A stretch of 64,000 bases of DNA from Lingula anatina (lineage: Eukaryota; Animalia; Brachiopoda). Location: positions 13,802,651-13,866,650 of the forward strand of contig CM120647.1 in NCBI GenBank assembly GCA_051362555.1. Reading direction: 5' to 3'. This document shows positions 45,793 through 59,181 of the stretch, in pieces. How positions within the stretch are numbered: the stretch's first letter is position 1; every line of letters starts with the position of its first letter. Below the pieces are notes generated by a model, which searched no databases, was not told the origin of the DNA, and saw only the letters and a list, made by a program, of their open reading frames with translations. A program made the translations under genes and the position numbers.

Positions 45793-48700
45793 TGGGTTTT
45801 GTCACAAACGATCTTGTTTATAGTTTTTTTTGATCGGGAAACGGATACCACAAAATGTCCAAACGTGTTCCATTTTCATCGACTGTTTGTCCACTTCTAT
45901 AAACTCAATAAACAGCAACAGAAAATCAATATATAAACTACCCAAACTATAGCCTGTTACTTTTAATAATGCAACCGTGGCACGACAACAAATGATTGTC
46001 CTTTTAGAAAAAAATGTATTCGTACTTTCTACACGTCCGATCACTGGTGTATCTCCCTTGAATTACGCGCCAACTGCTTTTATAGTACAGGGTCACATGA
46101 CCCACGTGACACAAAAAGGGCGCTAATACCAGCTATACATATTCATTACATCTATTTATATACATTAGCTATTTATAATAAGGTACTTATATGAAGGTAG
46201 GCTACAATATACTATTACATATTTATACATACATGTGAATACATGTACCCTACTACAAAAATATATTCCAAATATCACAGAAAGGGTCCTTTATGTATAT
46301 GACTGTAAAAAATGTTATGGTATTTCGATTGGTCAAAAGAAAAAATAAATAAATAAATAAAAGTTTAAAAAAATTAAAAATAGATAAATGAATAAACGTT
46401 TGATTCCCTGTAATTCTCCAAAACACAGCTTGTGTTATGCTAAAATAAGTACCAATTTTCAAACAGCGGATTGTTCTACAAAGTCAGACAATCCATACGT
46501 GATTAAACTAAAAATTTGTAGAGTAGAACTTTTTTGTTAACAAGGAAACCAAACAAGTGAAGCATATTAATGATCTAGCTTTATGATTGTTTATATGTCA
46601 AAAGGTCATCGACCGTGAGGCTCGCTCAAGGTGATGTAGGAAAAGTCTACCACTTAAATGTTGTGATGAATTTCAATATCAACCTGTTCCATCTAGAGCT
46701 TAGGGATACATACAGCTGTTAGTCCCCTGTTCTAAATGAGGCCACATCATGTTAAAAGCCCACTATCTAGGATCTGAAACGCAATCTAAAATCATTAATT
46801 ACTTCTCGATAAATTTTTTTGAGCAAAGTTAAAACTTTTAAAACAAAAATGACAGATGAATGGCCTTAATCAATATCGCATAAATAGTTACATTTACCGT
46901 CCACTGCCCTTCCTCGGTAGTCAGCCATCTTGGCAATGTTTGTAAAGAGCGGGAGTCACGGTGGGACAGTCTCGCGATATCTGTTAGTTCAGTCATTGCG
47001 CGGGTTTGGAACTTTAGCTTTTTTCCAAAATTATTACAGAGTTCTGGCGATTGTCAGGAAAAGATTAGGAAAGGTTGGTAAATCGGAGATAAGATAAGAT
47101 GAAATGCTTATTTAGCTTTCCTTTAACCCATATTAGCCAGTACAAACGAACTAAATTAAGGGTCCCACTGGGAATTTTCTTTACCCGTGAAATCCACTTT
47201 TTATTTTCCAAAATACTTTAAATGTTCACATCGTTATCCGTGAATCCCCCCCATTCCCCTGCCCGGATTCGTAAATGCGGCCTTTAATTCCTCGTTCCTC
47301 CTGAAACGAAGTCATTGATTTTATACTCGGTGATTCGTTACTTTCAACTAGCCAGACTCGCATTTTGAATAAGATACCAATAAAGTTTTATTTACTAGGA
47401 TTTGTGATTTGATGATTTTATTTTCATTGAACAGTTAATATCCCCCTCCCCCGAAATGGGACCTCCTAAACTGGTACCAGGTCCGGTCAATTTAAGCCAC
47501 AAGTGACACATGAGCTTGAGCCTTAAAAGAATAACCTTTTAAAGAAAGTGGTATATCATTAATTCTATATCATAATATAATAAGTAATATTATGCAGTGA
47601 CAGAATAAGGGGGTGTCAGTGCGGTCCTAACCCTCCCCCTTTAATTTCTGAAAAAAATCACAACAGTGGTCCCTCTGAATATTAGAATTTTAGCTAGCTA
47701 TATCATAGTTCTAAACCGTACCGTACCGTTTGATAACCTTCGCATTGACATATACCAGCATCTATGAGAAAAAAAAGTGTTTCCAAGAGACACCAAAACG
47801 CCTAGACATATCGCGGTCGCGGTTTGAATGGTCTGTTTAAACAGTAGTTGGTCTATTTTAACAACGCCTTGAACGCTGTAAATAAAGTTCATTTGTAAAT
47901 ACTTTTTTATCAAGACGAAAGAGAATTGTTCAGTGAATGGAGATTTGAGATTAACGATAGCTTTAATCAAAATAGAAAGACGAAATGGATCTAATTTTAG
48001 TAATAGGGTTTCAAATGAAAAGGTGTAAGTGTATAAACATTTCAAGAGACCATATGTCGTGAATATCATTTATTAATCATGCTTCTCCATTCATATTCAT
48101 TCCCGTATACAGCAGATCAAAGTAGTTTCTGAATCATAAGTTGTTAGTACCAGTATTGTAATGTGCGTTTTCAATAACAGATGATTGAGGCGCCTTCGTA
48201 GTAAAAACCCTCATATGTCTAGGCATTTCTACCCATCAGTTTAATTGATTTTAGCTGGGTGGAGATACACGGTATAAATGTGAAGGTTGTCAAACTTTGT
48301 AAAATTCTGCTTAAAAGTTATCAAAATTTTGTGGGATTATTACTTAAGAACGAGAATTGTTCACATTTCACACAAAACGTCAACATCATCTTCAATTTGA
48401 TTTTAAGACCACGCGTTTACTAGTTTCCTAGCGCAACCACAAGACCATGACAGTAAATATAAACCTTTCCTCTACTTATATGGTGTTTCTTCTTGAGTAG
48501 CACCCTCTGTAGCTCAATTATGCCCATGCCACCCTGTTAGTTAGGAGGACTAAGCTGGATCAAGTCCGTGTCAAAAATCCTTTGAAGCTGTCCAAGAAAA
48601 AAATTTTGTTTCTCTGCATATTCTCTGCAATATCTCTCTCAAACAGTGTTAAGTAATTACTGTTTTGAAAGGTAGTTTCTTATAACTGATCATAACTTGG

Positions 48701-48829
48701 CCATTTCGTACAGAAAAAACGATGTTTTTGCACACCTCGTCCACGCACACACATTGTGAGTATAATTAAATTGTCACCAGTGAATTGCAGTAGGTGAGCT
48801 TGCACAGCAGTCACAATACATGGGTGCGC

Positions 48830-50630
48830 GTTTTCTCAGCCTGCAAAAAATGTTTTCTTTCGTTTTAACATTGTTTGTGTGTGTGTGCGTATGAGCAACT
48901 GTGCCCCATGTCCTACACAGTTGAAACCTTAGAGTGCATTCCCAGAGATTTAGATTTAGATCGACCTAACTCCCTGGGGGATCACGCTAAATTGCAGTCA
49001 GCGCGCACCATAGTTAATTACCCCCTTACAGCTTTTAGTAGGCGGGACAGACATTTAAATCCGTTAAGCTAACACCAATCTAGTGAGGCTCCCCAGGGGG
49101 ATAGATCTATCTAAATATTTATGGGAATGGGGTCTTTATCCCTCACTTATTTGTAAAGGCTCGGCTGCTATGCCCTGTCATATACATATTGTTGAACATA
49201 TTTTTCTTTATCTTGATGTATGCAGAATGAAGTCTTCTGTGCCAACGCAATTCTGCTGTTTAATATTTTTCAAAGTGTGTAATACATAAATAGCGACAGT
49301 AAATGTAGATGTAGAAACACACGGGTCAGCTATGAAACCCAAACAGTTATAAATAAGAGAGCGATCTTATCCAAAAAAGTTAAGGAAATTTTTATGTACA
49401 CTGATCAACTTCATTATTTTTTTAAATTGAAGCTACGTGTCTTATTTAATAAGCGATGTAAACCCGTATCTACCAACACACCCATCTTTGGAAGAGACGA
49501 GCTTACGGTTCGTTGGAAACGGAGTAGATGGTCTGGGATGGAAGAAAAGGTCAGCCGTCAAGCTCCTTTTTTTTCTTTAGAATAAGCATTGGTATTCAAT
49601 TTAAATTATAATAAATCTGCTTAATTCTTCTTTTTATCATTATATCAATAGCATAAGCCCAGCAAATCCACAGATATTGGTATAACATTTATACTTAAGA
49701 CTTTCCGCCCCTCCCCCCCCCCCCCCCCCCCCCAGAGACGAGAAATACCGGCACATGTTTATAACTGATGAAATTGCAAATTATAAGCTATGCACTTAAT
49801 AGCATGGTAATATGTGATTTCATCATACGTTCTATTTCATTCGTACAGGTGGTATATTGCTTTTATAATGATGATGTTTACTGAGAACGAAATTACACAA
49901 TTGGTACATTTGCTGGCTCTTTAAGCTTCGTTAGACGTGTCATTTTCTCAGCCTGCAGGAATGTTTTCTTTCGTTTAACATTGTTGGTGTGTGTGCTTGT
50001 GAGCAACTGTGTCCCATGTCCTGGACAGTTGGAACCTTAAGCTTCTGTTTGTAAAGTCTTGACCCCTGCCCTCTCTTATAAGTATTATCGAACATATATT
50101 TGTTTATTGTGTTAAAGATATGTAGAATGAATTATTCTATGATATCGCACTTCTGGCGCACAGTTTTTTTCAAATCGCGTAAAACATAAATAGCAACAGA
50201 GATATGACTTGATAGAGAAACAAACGCGTTGGCTATGAAATCCTTAAAGAGAGTTGTTTTATCACGATGCCCTACCAAGAAACGTTCGATTCACAAAGTG
50301 CCGAAGAAAACATTCTCCTGCCTTCACACAACGAACCATTTACCATGTAAAATAATTATTTTGAAAATGTAAACAGCAAAAGCTGGGAAAGAGACATTGT
50401 CCAAACAGTCAAGGGAAAATTTGCATGTAGACTGATCAATTTCATCATTTATCAAAATGAATCTACGTGTGTAATTTAATAGAATATTGGCAATGTAAAC
50501 TCATATTTACCAACATGCTTTCACTTGGAAGACACAGGATCAAAGAAAGAAGATAGCATAAGGTCCTTGGTCAACGGAGTACTAGCAGTTGGAGGAAAAA
50601 CCAACCATTTTGCCAGAAAAGGTCAGCTGT
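48830..50630. repeat. Diverged tandem segmental duplication (about 48830-49560 vs 49943-50630)
   Basis: Shared blocks ttttctcagcctgca, gagcaactgtg.cccatgtcct, gaatgaa.t.ttct, taaatagc.acag, ctgatcaa.ttcat, gaaaaggtcagc. The first copy carries the MITE at 48932-49134. Confidence 0.8.
48932..49134. mobile_element. PIF/Harbinger-like MITE, reverse copy of 27040-27253
   Basis: tta|gagtgcattcc...gggaatggggtc; an empty site is visible in the duplicate at about 50040. Confidence 0.8.
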
Positions 50631-53543
50631 CTGTCTGAATCTTGTTTCAGTTGATAGTCCAGTAAACGAACGGCTTAGGTTGGAAAAAACTGTTAACCAA
50701 GGTTTCTCAATAGAATCCGGTCCAGTTTTGGACTAACAGCATCCAGATAATATCCCACCGGAATCCACCCATGGCAAAATGCCAAAAATCTAAAATGGCC
50801 GCCAATGCATAGGGGAGGGTGTTTAAGTGGGGATATCATGGTAACTAGGTAACTAGAAAGTTGTGATAAGTATCATATCTAATATTCAAAGGCATGGCCA
50901 TTCATTTGAAAAAAGTTTAGAAGTCAACAGAGGTAAAGGTCAATCTCAAAAAAAGGACCAAAATAGCTTAAAATACAGCATCAACTTTCTGTATTCTTTC
51001 AAAATGAACTTTTTATGAGTTTTAGAGCTCCTATTGAGAACTGCATACAAGAGACCACCTTTGTGAATATTGTATTTAACTGACCAAGGGGTAAAATAAT
51101 GTATGTCAAGGTCAAATCTGCATCTTAAAAGATACAAAAGTAAGCTTTGTGATCCCCAGAACACATGCCAAGCTAGTTAATTTAATCATTTGATGGCCAA
51201 ATTTCTTCAGATGAAAATTTTGAAATAAAAGGGCAATACTTTTTTAACGAAGGGAAGCCAAGGTAATGTATGTCTGTCAAGGTCAATCTCAACAGTGGCT
51301 TGAAATGTAACTACATTTTGGGGGACTTTGGTTTTCTAGAAATGTATACTTTAAAACATGTTTATGTCATCTTTTAGTGACAAATTGTCACAAACACATG
51401 ACGAGATAAAATATTCTTGGATATTCATATTATGATCCTTTGAATGTTTATACACTGTACATGCACAATGTAGTTGCCCAAGGTTGCCGACGTGGCAACC
51501 AATCGACATTTGTTTAGGACCCCAGGAAACTCTAATCAGGAAATGGAACAAAATAGGAACAAACATTTCTAGGTTCCGAAAATTTCGCTTTGACTATAAT
51601 GTTACTTTTTTAGCTCGACGAAAATGCCCCGATGGAGCCATCGACATTTTTCACATAACTCAAAACCTATCTACCCGGTATACCTATGAGATCTCTCGTC
51701 CAACAGTTTAGGCATGAATTAACACCTACACAGTGCGTGTTGATCGTGACCAAAATGAATGCATGATCAGTACTAGAGTGCGTGTTCTAAGAAAGAGAAG
51801 AATTACATCAGCTGTGTTATGTCATAATAATTCACCTGGATATCCTCATATCCAGGAACTGCGGAAATTTGCCCAATTTTCCAACATGATTATCTCGTGT
51901 TTGGTCCTGTTTGTGCTTCCTTATCGCAGGGCTTAAGTGCAGGTCCTGATTTGCAGCAACAACAACATTACAAAAGAGAGCAGCTGCAGTCGCAGCTGGT
52001 AGAACTCGCTGGCTCAAGCAGAAGCGTGTTGCTGAACAGAGTCATGCACTCTTGCGTGTACGTGTACCTGCTCGTAGTCACTTTAGCTGCCTTGAAACCC
52101 GCGATTCGCAGACCACAACCGTAACAACTCAGACAACTGAAGACCCGCATCGAAATTTGGAAGATGTGTTATAATGGTTTTATTTATGAATGATGATTCA
52201 GAAAGAATTAGTCAAAAGAAAAGTAATATAGACGCTAAGTATGAGCAAGATATCTTCAATCATATTAATTTAGGTAATATAAAAATAGTCCAAATTAGAC
52301 ACAGAGTAGTGTACCTGTAGACTGTAATTAGTGACCATTGCAGAAAACCAAAGAAATTCCATTCGAATGGCATATAGCGATTGTTACTTAATTGACCCTG
52401 AATTAAGAATATGGGAAGAGGAAATTATGCTTAAAGTATGTATCAAAACAAAATGGAGATCTGAGAATAGATAGAAATGATTTGCTCAGAATATATAGTT
52501 TGCCCCTTTAAAGGAAATCTTTGACCATGGTATACCGGTACGTAAAAAAATATGACGTGTACAATGAAAACTGGATCATCATATGAGGCAGATAAAAGAG
52601 AAGCCCACTCTTAGAGTTGCCCATTATTCATTCGTTACGGTTCCAATGCCGCTCCATCTGAAGCGCCTTTATCTTCTGAGTCAGCGTTAATCTACTTAGA
52701 CTATAACTTTATTCAGAAGGTGTACTTTGTTAGTACCTCTCTGCCAAGAATTCAATAAACCCTATTTGACTGGATTGAAGGAACACCAGGAGTTTGTTGT
52801 TCTTTGCCTGCTTTATTACCCCCGTCTCATGAATCCGATAAAAAAGAAAAAGAAAGAGAGAAAAAACCCGTGAAAGATGCACTCGCAATAAAGTGCATCG
52901 CAGAGTCGTCTCCCAGTATATTGCGAAAATTAAGGGGAACATGCAAAGTACTGCCCGGGCAGCGTCAACTACCACTGGTGGGACGTCATGACAATGTGGC
53001 GCAGAATGTTCAAACGAGAAACTCCCTGTAGCGACAAATTGATGCTTGAGACAGGAGTCTCTGCACTGAGACGATAAGTTTCCCTTAATGAAAATTGTGC
53101 TGTTTAAAGTGAGTTGATTCTGACGTTTTATTTGTTTTTGTTTTGTTTTTTTTTTGAAAAAAAAAAAGAAACGGTTGTTGTCTCTTTAGGCTGGTTGAAA
53201 AATTAGAAAACATAATCTGTACAAAGGGGTGATATAATGAGGTAATTTTGGCTTTCATAATTATAATTACAAGAAATTACAATGTGATAAATACGTAAGT
53301 ATATAAAATATATATATATATAAAATATATAAAATAAAGAGAAAAAATCCTAACAATATCGTTAATCTCTTTGAAACTTATTCCCCGTTTTCACATCGCG
53401 TGTTTACGTAGGTCGCTCGTGGTGCATGTTGTAGAAGAGCGCTCAATTTTTTCCATGGGGATCCACTCACATGAAAACTTGATAACAGATTTGCTAATGT
53501 TTATGACTCCGAGTTACTTTAAATGTTTGACAAGACTGATGTT

Positions 53544-54625
53544 ATAATGATAATAATAATAATAATAATATTTATTTCTTAAAACCGCACTACACTACCG
53601 TCTCAGTGCTGTTTACAGATAAAATTATCAGGATTACAACTAATTATATAGATAATAAAAGCTAAGGTAAAAAACAATTAAGATTATTAATGCTTGTGAA
53701 AATAGTAATGATCTGAACAATAAAACTTTTTTTCTGATAAAATGAGAAAATAATAATTAAAATACTGTTCAAATAAGAATGTATTTAAGTCTTTTTTAAA
53801 AAACCTCAACACTATCAATAGTCCGAATGTGTGAGGGTAGTTGATTCCATAAAATGGGTGCTGCAATTGAAAATGCCCTGTGGCCGAAGGTTTTGGTTGT
53901 TTTTTTTTATTATCATTTCTGGAAAAACAAAGAGTGGAGGTGGATCTGGTAGATCTGGTGAGCCTGGGTGTACTTGGATGTAGCATCGAGTTAAAATATG
54001 AGTGGCATTCACCTCTGGTGATTTTAAAAACAAACAACAGTAATTTAAAAACAATTCTCTGTCGTACAGGAAGCCAATGTAGTTCGAATAAAATGGGTGA
54101 AATGTTTGATCTGTGAGGGTTTTGGTTAGTAGTCATGCTGCAGCATTTTGGACAGATTGCAGTTTTTCAATTTGGTAGGTAGGAAGACCATACAGTAGGC
54201 TGTTTCCGTAGTCAAGATGTGCAGTTACAAAGGCATGGACAAGTCTCTCAATTTGACTTTTATCAAGAATATGGGACAGGTTGGAATTTTTTAAGACCAT
54301 AGAAAGCGACTTTGCATTTTTTACTGATGTCGGCAGCCATATCGCACCTATTATCAAAAATTACTCCAAGGGTTTTAACCCCATCTTTTACCGTGACTGT
54401 ACTGTTTCCGATTTCTAATAGTTCTAGTTTTTCTGCGTCCTTAGAAAACGCGAGGTAAAGTGATCTACTTCTGTTTGGCATCATTGAAAACAAGTGAATT
54501 GGCATTAAGCCATTGACTCAACTGAATAATTAATACATTTCTGGATAGATGGTATTACATCTGATGGCCTGTCGCAAACAATATAAATTTGTGAGTCATC
54601 TGCATAGAGCATTAGGTTAATGTTG
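53544..54625 (-). mobile_element. 5'-truncated, frameshifted non-LTR retrotransposon (L2/Crack-like), RT C-terminus and 3' tail
   Basis: Motifs YADDSQIY, KTLGVIFD, LVHAFVTAHLDYGNSLLYGLP, ISPILFELHWLPVRQRIVFK, RAFSIAAPILWNQLP across shifting frames; 3' end aaataaata(tta)n. Confidence 0.9.
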
Positions 54626-54870
54626 TCGGTCACCCATATGATTTTGGGCTGTTGTTGATCTTTATTTATTTATTTATTTATTTATTTATTTTTTACACTG
54701 CCAAGTATTGATTTACAACGATAATTTGGATTGACTCTTGAAACTCGTCAATCTGTTTCGTTTTCAAAATTCGTTATCATGCAACAAAACGGCGTCACCT
54801 CACTCAAGGTCAATAATGGTATAGTAAAATCAAACATTGCGCTAATTTGCAAAGAAACAGCTTTTTGTAG

Positions 54871-55213
54871 GCTAGGGTTCGGGAGTGTGACATTTACAAA
54901 TCCCGGTGCGACGGGACGTCTTGGGCCGACTTCAGTTGGTAAACATCACGACGGTCAAGACCATCAGGGCAAGGTGACCTTGGTGAACGGGACACAGTTC
55001 TTTACCATCCCTGTCCCCGGTCTCTACTGGATACGTGCTGCTGGTAGACTAGTAATTTGGGTAAGATTAAATTTTAAATTAAAGAGGTTTTATGTACTCA
55101 TACGTATATTTATAATAATAATAATAATCATCATCAGTCTACCTGCAGGGGCCAATAATGAAACTACTGCAGCCGCGGCGCCGTTGCGGCTGGGGCGTTC
55201 AATTTAGATGCAG
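54871..55213 (+). pseudogene. Two-exon fragment of an ALK/LTK-type glycine-rich (TNF-like) extracellular domain
   Basis: Exon 54871-55043 encodes FTNPGATGRLGPT..QDHQGKVTLVNGTQFFTIPVPGLYWIRAAG. Exon 55149-55213 encodes RGAVAAGAFNLDAG only after a frameshift. No further exons were found. Confidence 0.7.
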
Positions 55214-55877
55214 GTTAATTAAAACGGATCGTGAACACAGGCTAAGATAATAGACAAAACAAACGCAAACACCGACTACTCGGTCGATTGGATGAGCTCG
55301 TTGTTGGACAGCCGTTGATTTGTCGCAACGGCATTATAATGCTGTCAATATATGATGTCCTTTGTCTTCCTGTACTTTTCCGAGCTTATACTCATTATCT
55401 ACGAACAGGTGAATGTAAAAACAATTTTTACACTGGTTACCCTAAGTTTAACATACAATTACTTGCTCTACTGATCTGATAATAATTTACTTATTTCTTC
55501 ACATTTTTGGAGGCTTAATTTATACTCAATTAACTTTTCAACATTAGTTTACATACGCAGAATTAAAGCAAGTGGATTATACTTACTAAGGTCAGACTTC
55601 TAACTTACCTTAGTTGAACATTTTTTATTAGATATCGTGCGGGTAGTCACTACATGTAAGAGAGCATTCAAAACAGCTGATCCTTGGACTTAATATGGCT
55701 GACCATGTTAAAAGCGATACTGCTAATCCCCTAATGGACCCCCCGCCTCCCCACGCGCCATTGCTGCAGGGGCGTAGCAATTAAGGCGGGGAGACCATCA
55801 GGGAATCAAGCAGCTTGCTTTAAAGCGGGGTCGGCCATGTTTAGTCGGCGGATCAGTTAGTCCGCAGAACATCTGTT

Positions 55878-56760
55878 CTAAGTGCGTTTTAAGTTGGTTG
55901 TGCTACAACTGAATAACCCTTTGAACTGTGATCTGAATTGTGAACCACTAATCAAAAATATCAGTAAATTGAAAGCATGGTATGACAGCTCAGCAATTCT
56001 ACTTACATAATGGAGATAGAGCAAAGACCAATCAGTGGAACCCGCCGATACATATGCCGTTTCAACCATGTTAACGAACGCTGTCGTACACATAATTAGA
56101 AAACAAAGAGACGAAGCCAACAAAGAAAAAGTGCTAATTATTTCTTTTGCCTTTTTCTCACCCCCTCTTCCAGATGTGAGTTCTTTTCGAATTTTCCTTT
56201 GAGCCCAGATGAAATGAATTATCTTTGTGTTCATTCCGATAATGGTGAGTAACATCATGGCTCTTCCGGTGATGCGTATTGTTGTTACAATCCCTAAGCG
56301 CCTTTGCCAGTCCTTGTATTCATATGCGGCTAACGCACACGGGGCGTCGGTGTAGATTAAGCTTGCAAAGGCCACCGCTCCACAAGCTACTGTTGCGGCA
56401 AAAATCATCTGCAAAAATGAAAGAATTTTCAGCTTCAGAAATTGGTTCATAATATAATAAAAGTTATAGTAGCATTATGTGAGCTGGTAGATATATCTAA
56501 ATCAGTAAAATCATAGTCTGAGGGTTGAGGCCGTGCATTGTGAAAAGAAAATAATTAATTAACTTACACTGTTGGTCAAAAAGTTTTCCCAACTTCAATT
56601 ACATGTGCTTTTGCTTACAAATGAGCACCTCAGAGCTGTCAATCGTTTCAGACATAGCTTTTTATTCCAGATATCATATTTAACATGACTGATGGTAGGC
56701 CTACATACTGGTACTCCAAAAAGAGACTTTATTATAAAACACACTAATTTAACTAAACGC

Positions 56761-56827
<67 letters not shown>

Positions 56828-58381
56828 CTGGCACCCAAAAAGGGTTAGACGGATTCATAGACAAACTGGCGCCTTCAGATAAAATTACTAAATGAAAAAG
56901 CTAAGATATCATTCCTGGTATATACTTACCGCTTTGAAAAAAGTCTTTCTGGCGCATATGAAACTGGTCTTGAACGGAAAACAGACAAAAAGAAACCTGT
57001 CAAGTGTTATGACGAAGATGACAACTGCGGCCCAGTCTGATGTGAAAATTTCAGAAATGGCTACCAAGTTGCAGAAGACAACTCTTACCCGGGAAAAACT
57101 ATCTCCCTGGTTCGAATTGCTCACTATCGCCAGCACTAACTCACTCAACGCCCGAAGACAGTGTGCTATACCAAGAGTGCAAGTCAAGAAGGTCTTGGTT
57201 TCTGATCTACCTCTGAGTCTCCTGTCACCGATCAGAACAACAACAACGAGAAGAATGTTGCTGGAAAGGGACAGGGGGAAAAGAGCATAAACAGTGTATA
57301 TGTATATATTAAGCATCCTGTCTAATTTTTCTTGGTCCCAATGGAATCTCTTGATCAACCAGCTGATGCATTCTAGTGGGTTGTTTTTTACTACCATTTC
57401 CAGGGCACGTGGTTTGATTTTATCCACGTCCATTGGACATAGGCGCTTTGCTAATTCCTGCGTATTATTTAAAATTTCCACCGGAACTTCATCCAGTCGG
57501 AAAGGACAAAAAAGAACTTCGTTGCGATTTATACCAAAATCATTTGATAAATCCTGAATATCTTGTCGGATGCAAATATACAGTTCATTAGTTGTCTTTT
57601 CATCTCCTAGTTTATTTCTGGCCAAACATTGTTCTTTGTTCACCTCGTGTAGCACAGTAGCCGCAAAAAGCTCCTCTGACAGCTCGACTATCCCGCAGTA
57701 TTCAGAATATGTGCTGTCAGAGAACCAAAAGTCAGCCAATCGAAAACTGTCTGTCATTCCGCTTGAAACCCTCGGTGAGCAATAGAAATACCTGTCTTTG
57801 ATAGCGGTTTTCAAATCTGATGAAGAAAAATCTTGATTAACATGAACTTCTTGGATTTGTGGCGATGCTTTGATGCACACATGCGTGCTTTCGGTGGATG
57901 TGCCCGTAGCTGTAAAGTTTTCACTTTGAGTAAGGTTATGGTGATTATATGAAGTATTTTTCTTCTCATTGTCGGTTTCGTAGACGATTTGAGACATGCG
58001 CTCCAGGCCATCTTGTATCAAACCGTCGACCGTTTTCCTAAAGTCAACAAATGTACTTCTTTTTGCGCTGTTCGTCAGCTGAGTGCAATTTTCTTGTTCA
58101 ACGCCCATTAAGACGACAGTCCTGCGCCTCGTGTCCAACATATTGGTGAAATCAAAGAGACACGATGAGTCCATCGTTTTCAGGGCGACTTCTATAACGT
58201 CGATTGGCATTCCTAGTGTTGCAGTCAGCTGGTCGTACAATTGCCTCGTAAGGTTGAGGTGACAAGCGGAGAGGACTTGAATTTTTCCCACTCGTCGCGA
58301 AATAGGATTTTCACCAAACAGATTGTGAATTTGAAACAATGACAGTTGCATAATGCAAATGGGAATAATGTAAAACACCAT
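55878..58381 (-). CDS. Orphan class A (rhodopsin-like, peptide-receptor-like) GPCR with long N-terminal extracellular region
   Basis: Exons 58381 (or 58471)-56930 and 56408-55878, phase 0 intron. TM1 ..LSLSSNILLVVVVL, TM3 VITLDRFLFVCFPFK, TM5 LLTIIGMNTKII, TM6 LLASSLCFLIMC, TM7 YHAFNLLIFLISGSQFR. Confidence 0.85.
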
Positions 58382-58937
58382 GACTTTGACTTGGCGTTCG
58401 ATGTAACAGTAGTTTCCAATGCAATAAATAAAATAATATGCGAATCGTGCCTTATTTATATGGCATGACATGAATTAATGTAAGGATGCCTGTCATTGGG
58501 AAATACTATCAGCCACTCATAAGCCTCAAGACAAAAAGATTCATATGCATGATGATAAACATGAACATTCCTTTTGTCTTTCCCATGATTAAATGTTTGG
58601 GTACAAGTTAATCTATTTAATAATAATAATAATAATAATAATAATGATAATAATAATAATAATAATGAAGATGATGATGTACATGTAAGTCTTGAAAACG
58701 AGCTACACATACACAAATCTAATGGCACTGAGGTGACTAAATGGCTCAAAGTCTTTAGTATCTGTTTGCTTTGATATAATCAACAATGGGTTAAATGCAT
58801 GTTTGTGACTTACTGCCTTATCTGAGCTTCTTATTCCCATTCACTGCAACTGTTATCGAAATATCTTTCTAATTCAATTTATCCAGTTAAAAAATCACGG
58901 AAAAGAAATTATAGCAATCCCTAAAACATTTTTTTAA

Positions 58938-59181
58938 CCTTCAAGTGACCGTGTGGGGTCATTAACGACCCCAGCCATATGATTTAATGTGCCATCTCTT
59001 TTTATTTTTTATCTGAACTTTTTATTCCTAGTATGAGTTTGTCAGTCTACTAATCTTACACACTTTCACAGTTTTTTTTGCAATCAACCAATTAGTGTGG
59101 CGTATACATCACAAACTCTTGTGGGGTCAATTATGACCCCGAAGAGAAGCATTTCAGTCAGTAAAATAGCTTGGTCGAGGG
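58938..59181. mobile_element. piggyBac-like MITE
   Basis: ttaa|ccttc..gacc..ggggtc ... gacccc..ggtcgaggg|ttaa: TTAA on both flanks, imperfect TIRs. Confidence 0.55.

Noticed and set aside
51832-52150. Cys-rich minus-strand ORF (CDCSC..CCCCC) resembling a metallothionein or toxin
   Set aside because: Interrupted by TAA, the Cys run derives from a (TGT)n microsatellite, and there is no signal peptide or splice support.
52804-53080. GC-richer stretch that looks like decayed coding sequence
   Set aside because: Stops in the most plausible frame and no recognisable family; cannot be supported.
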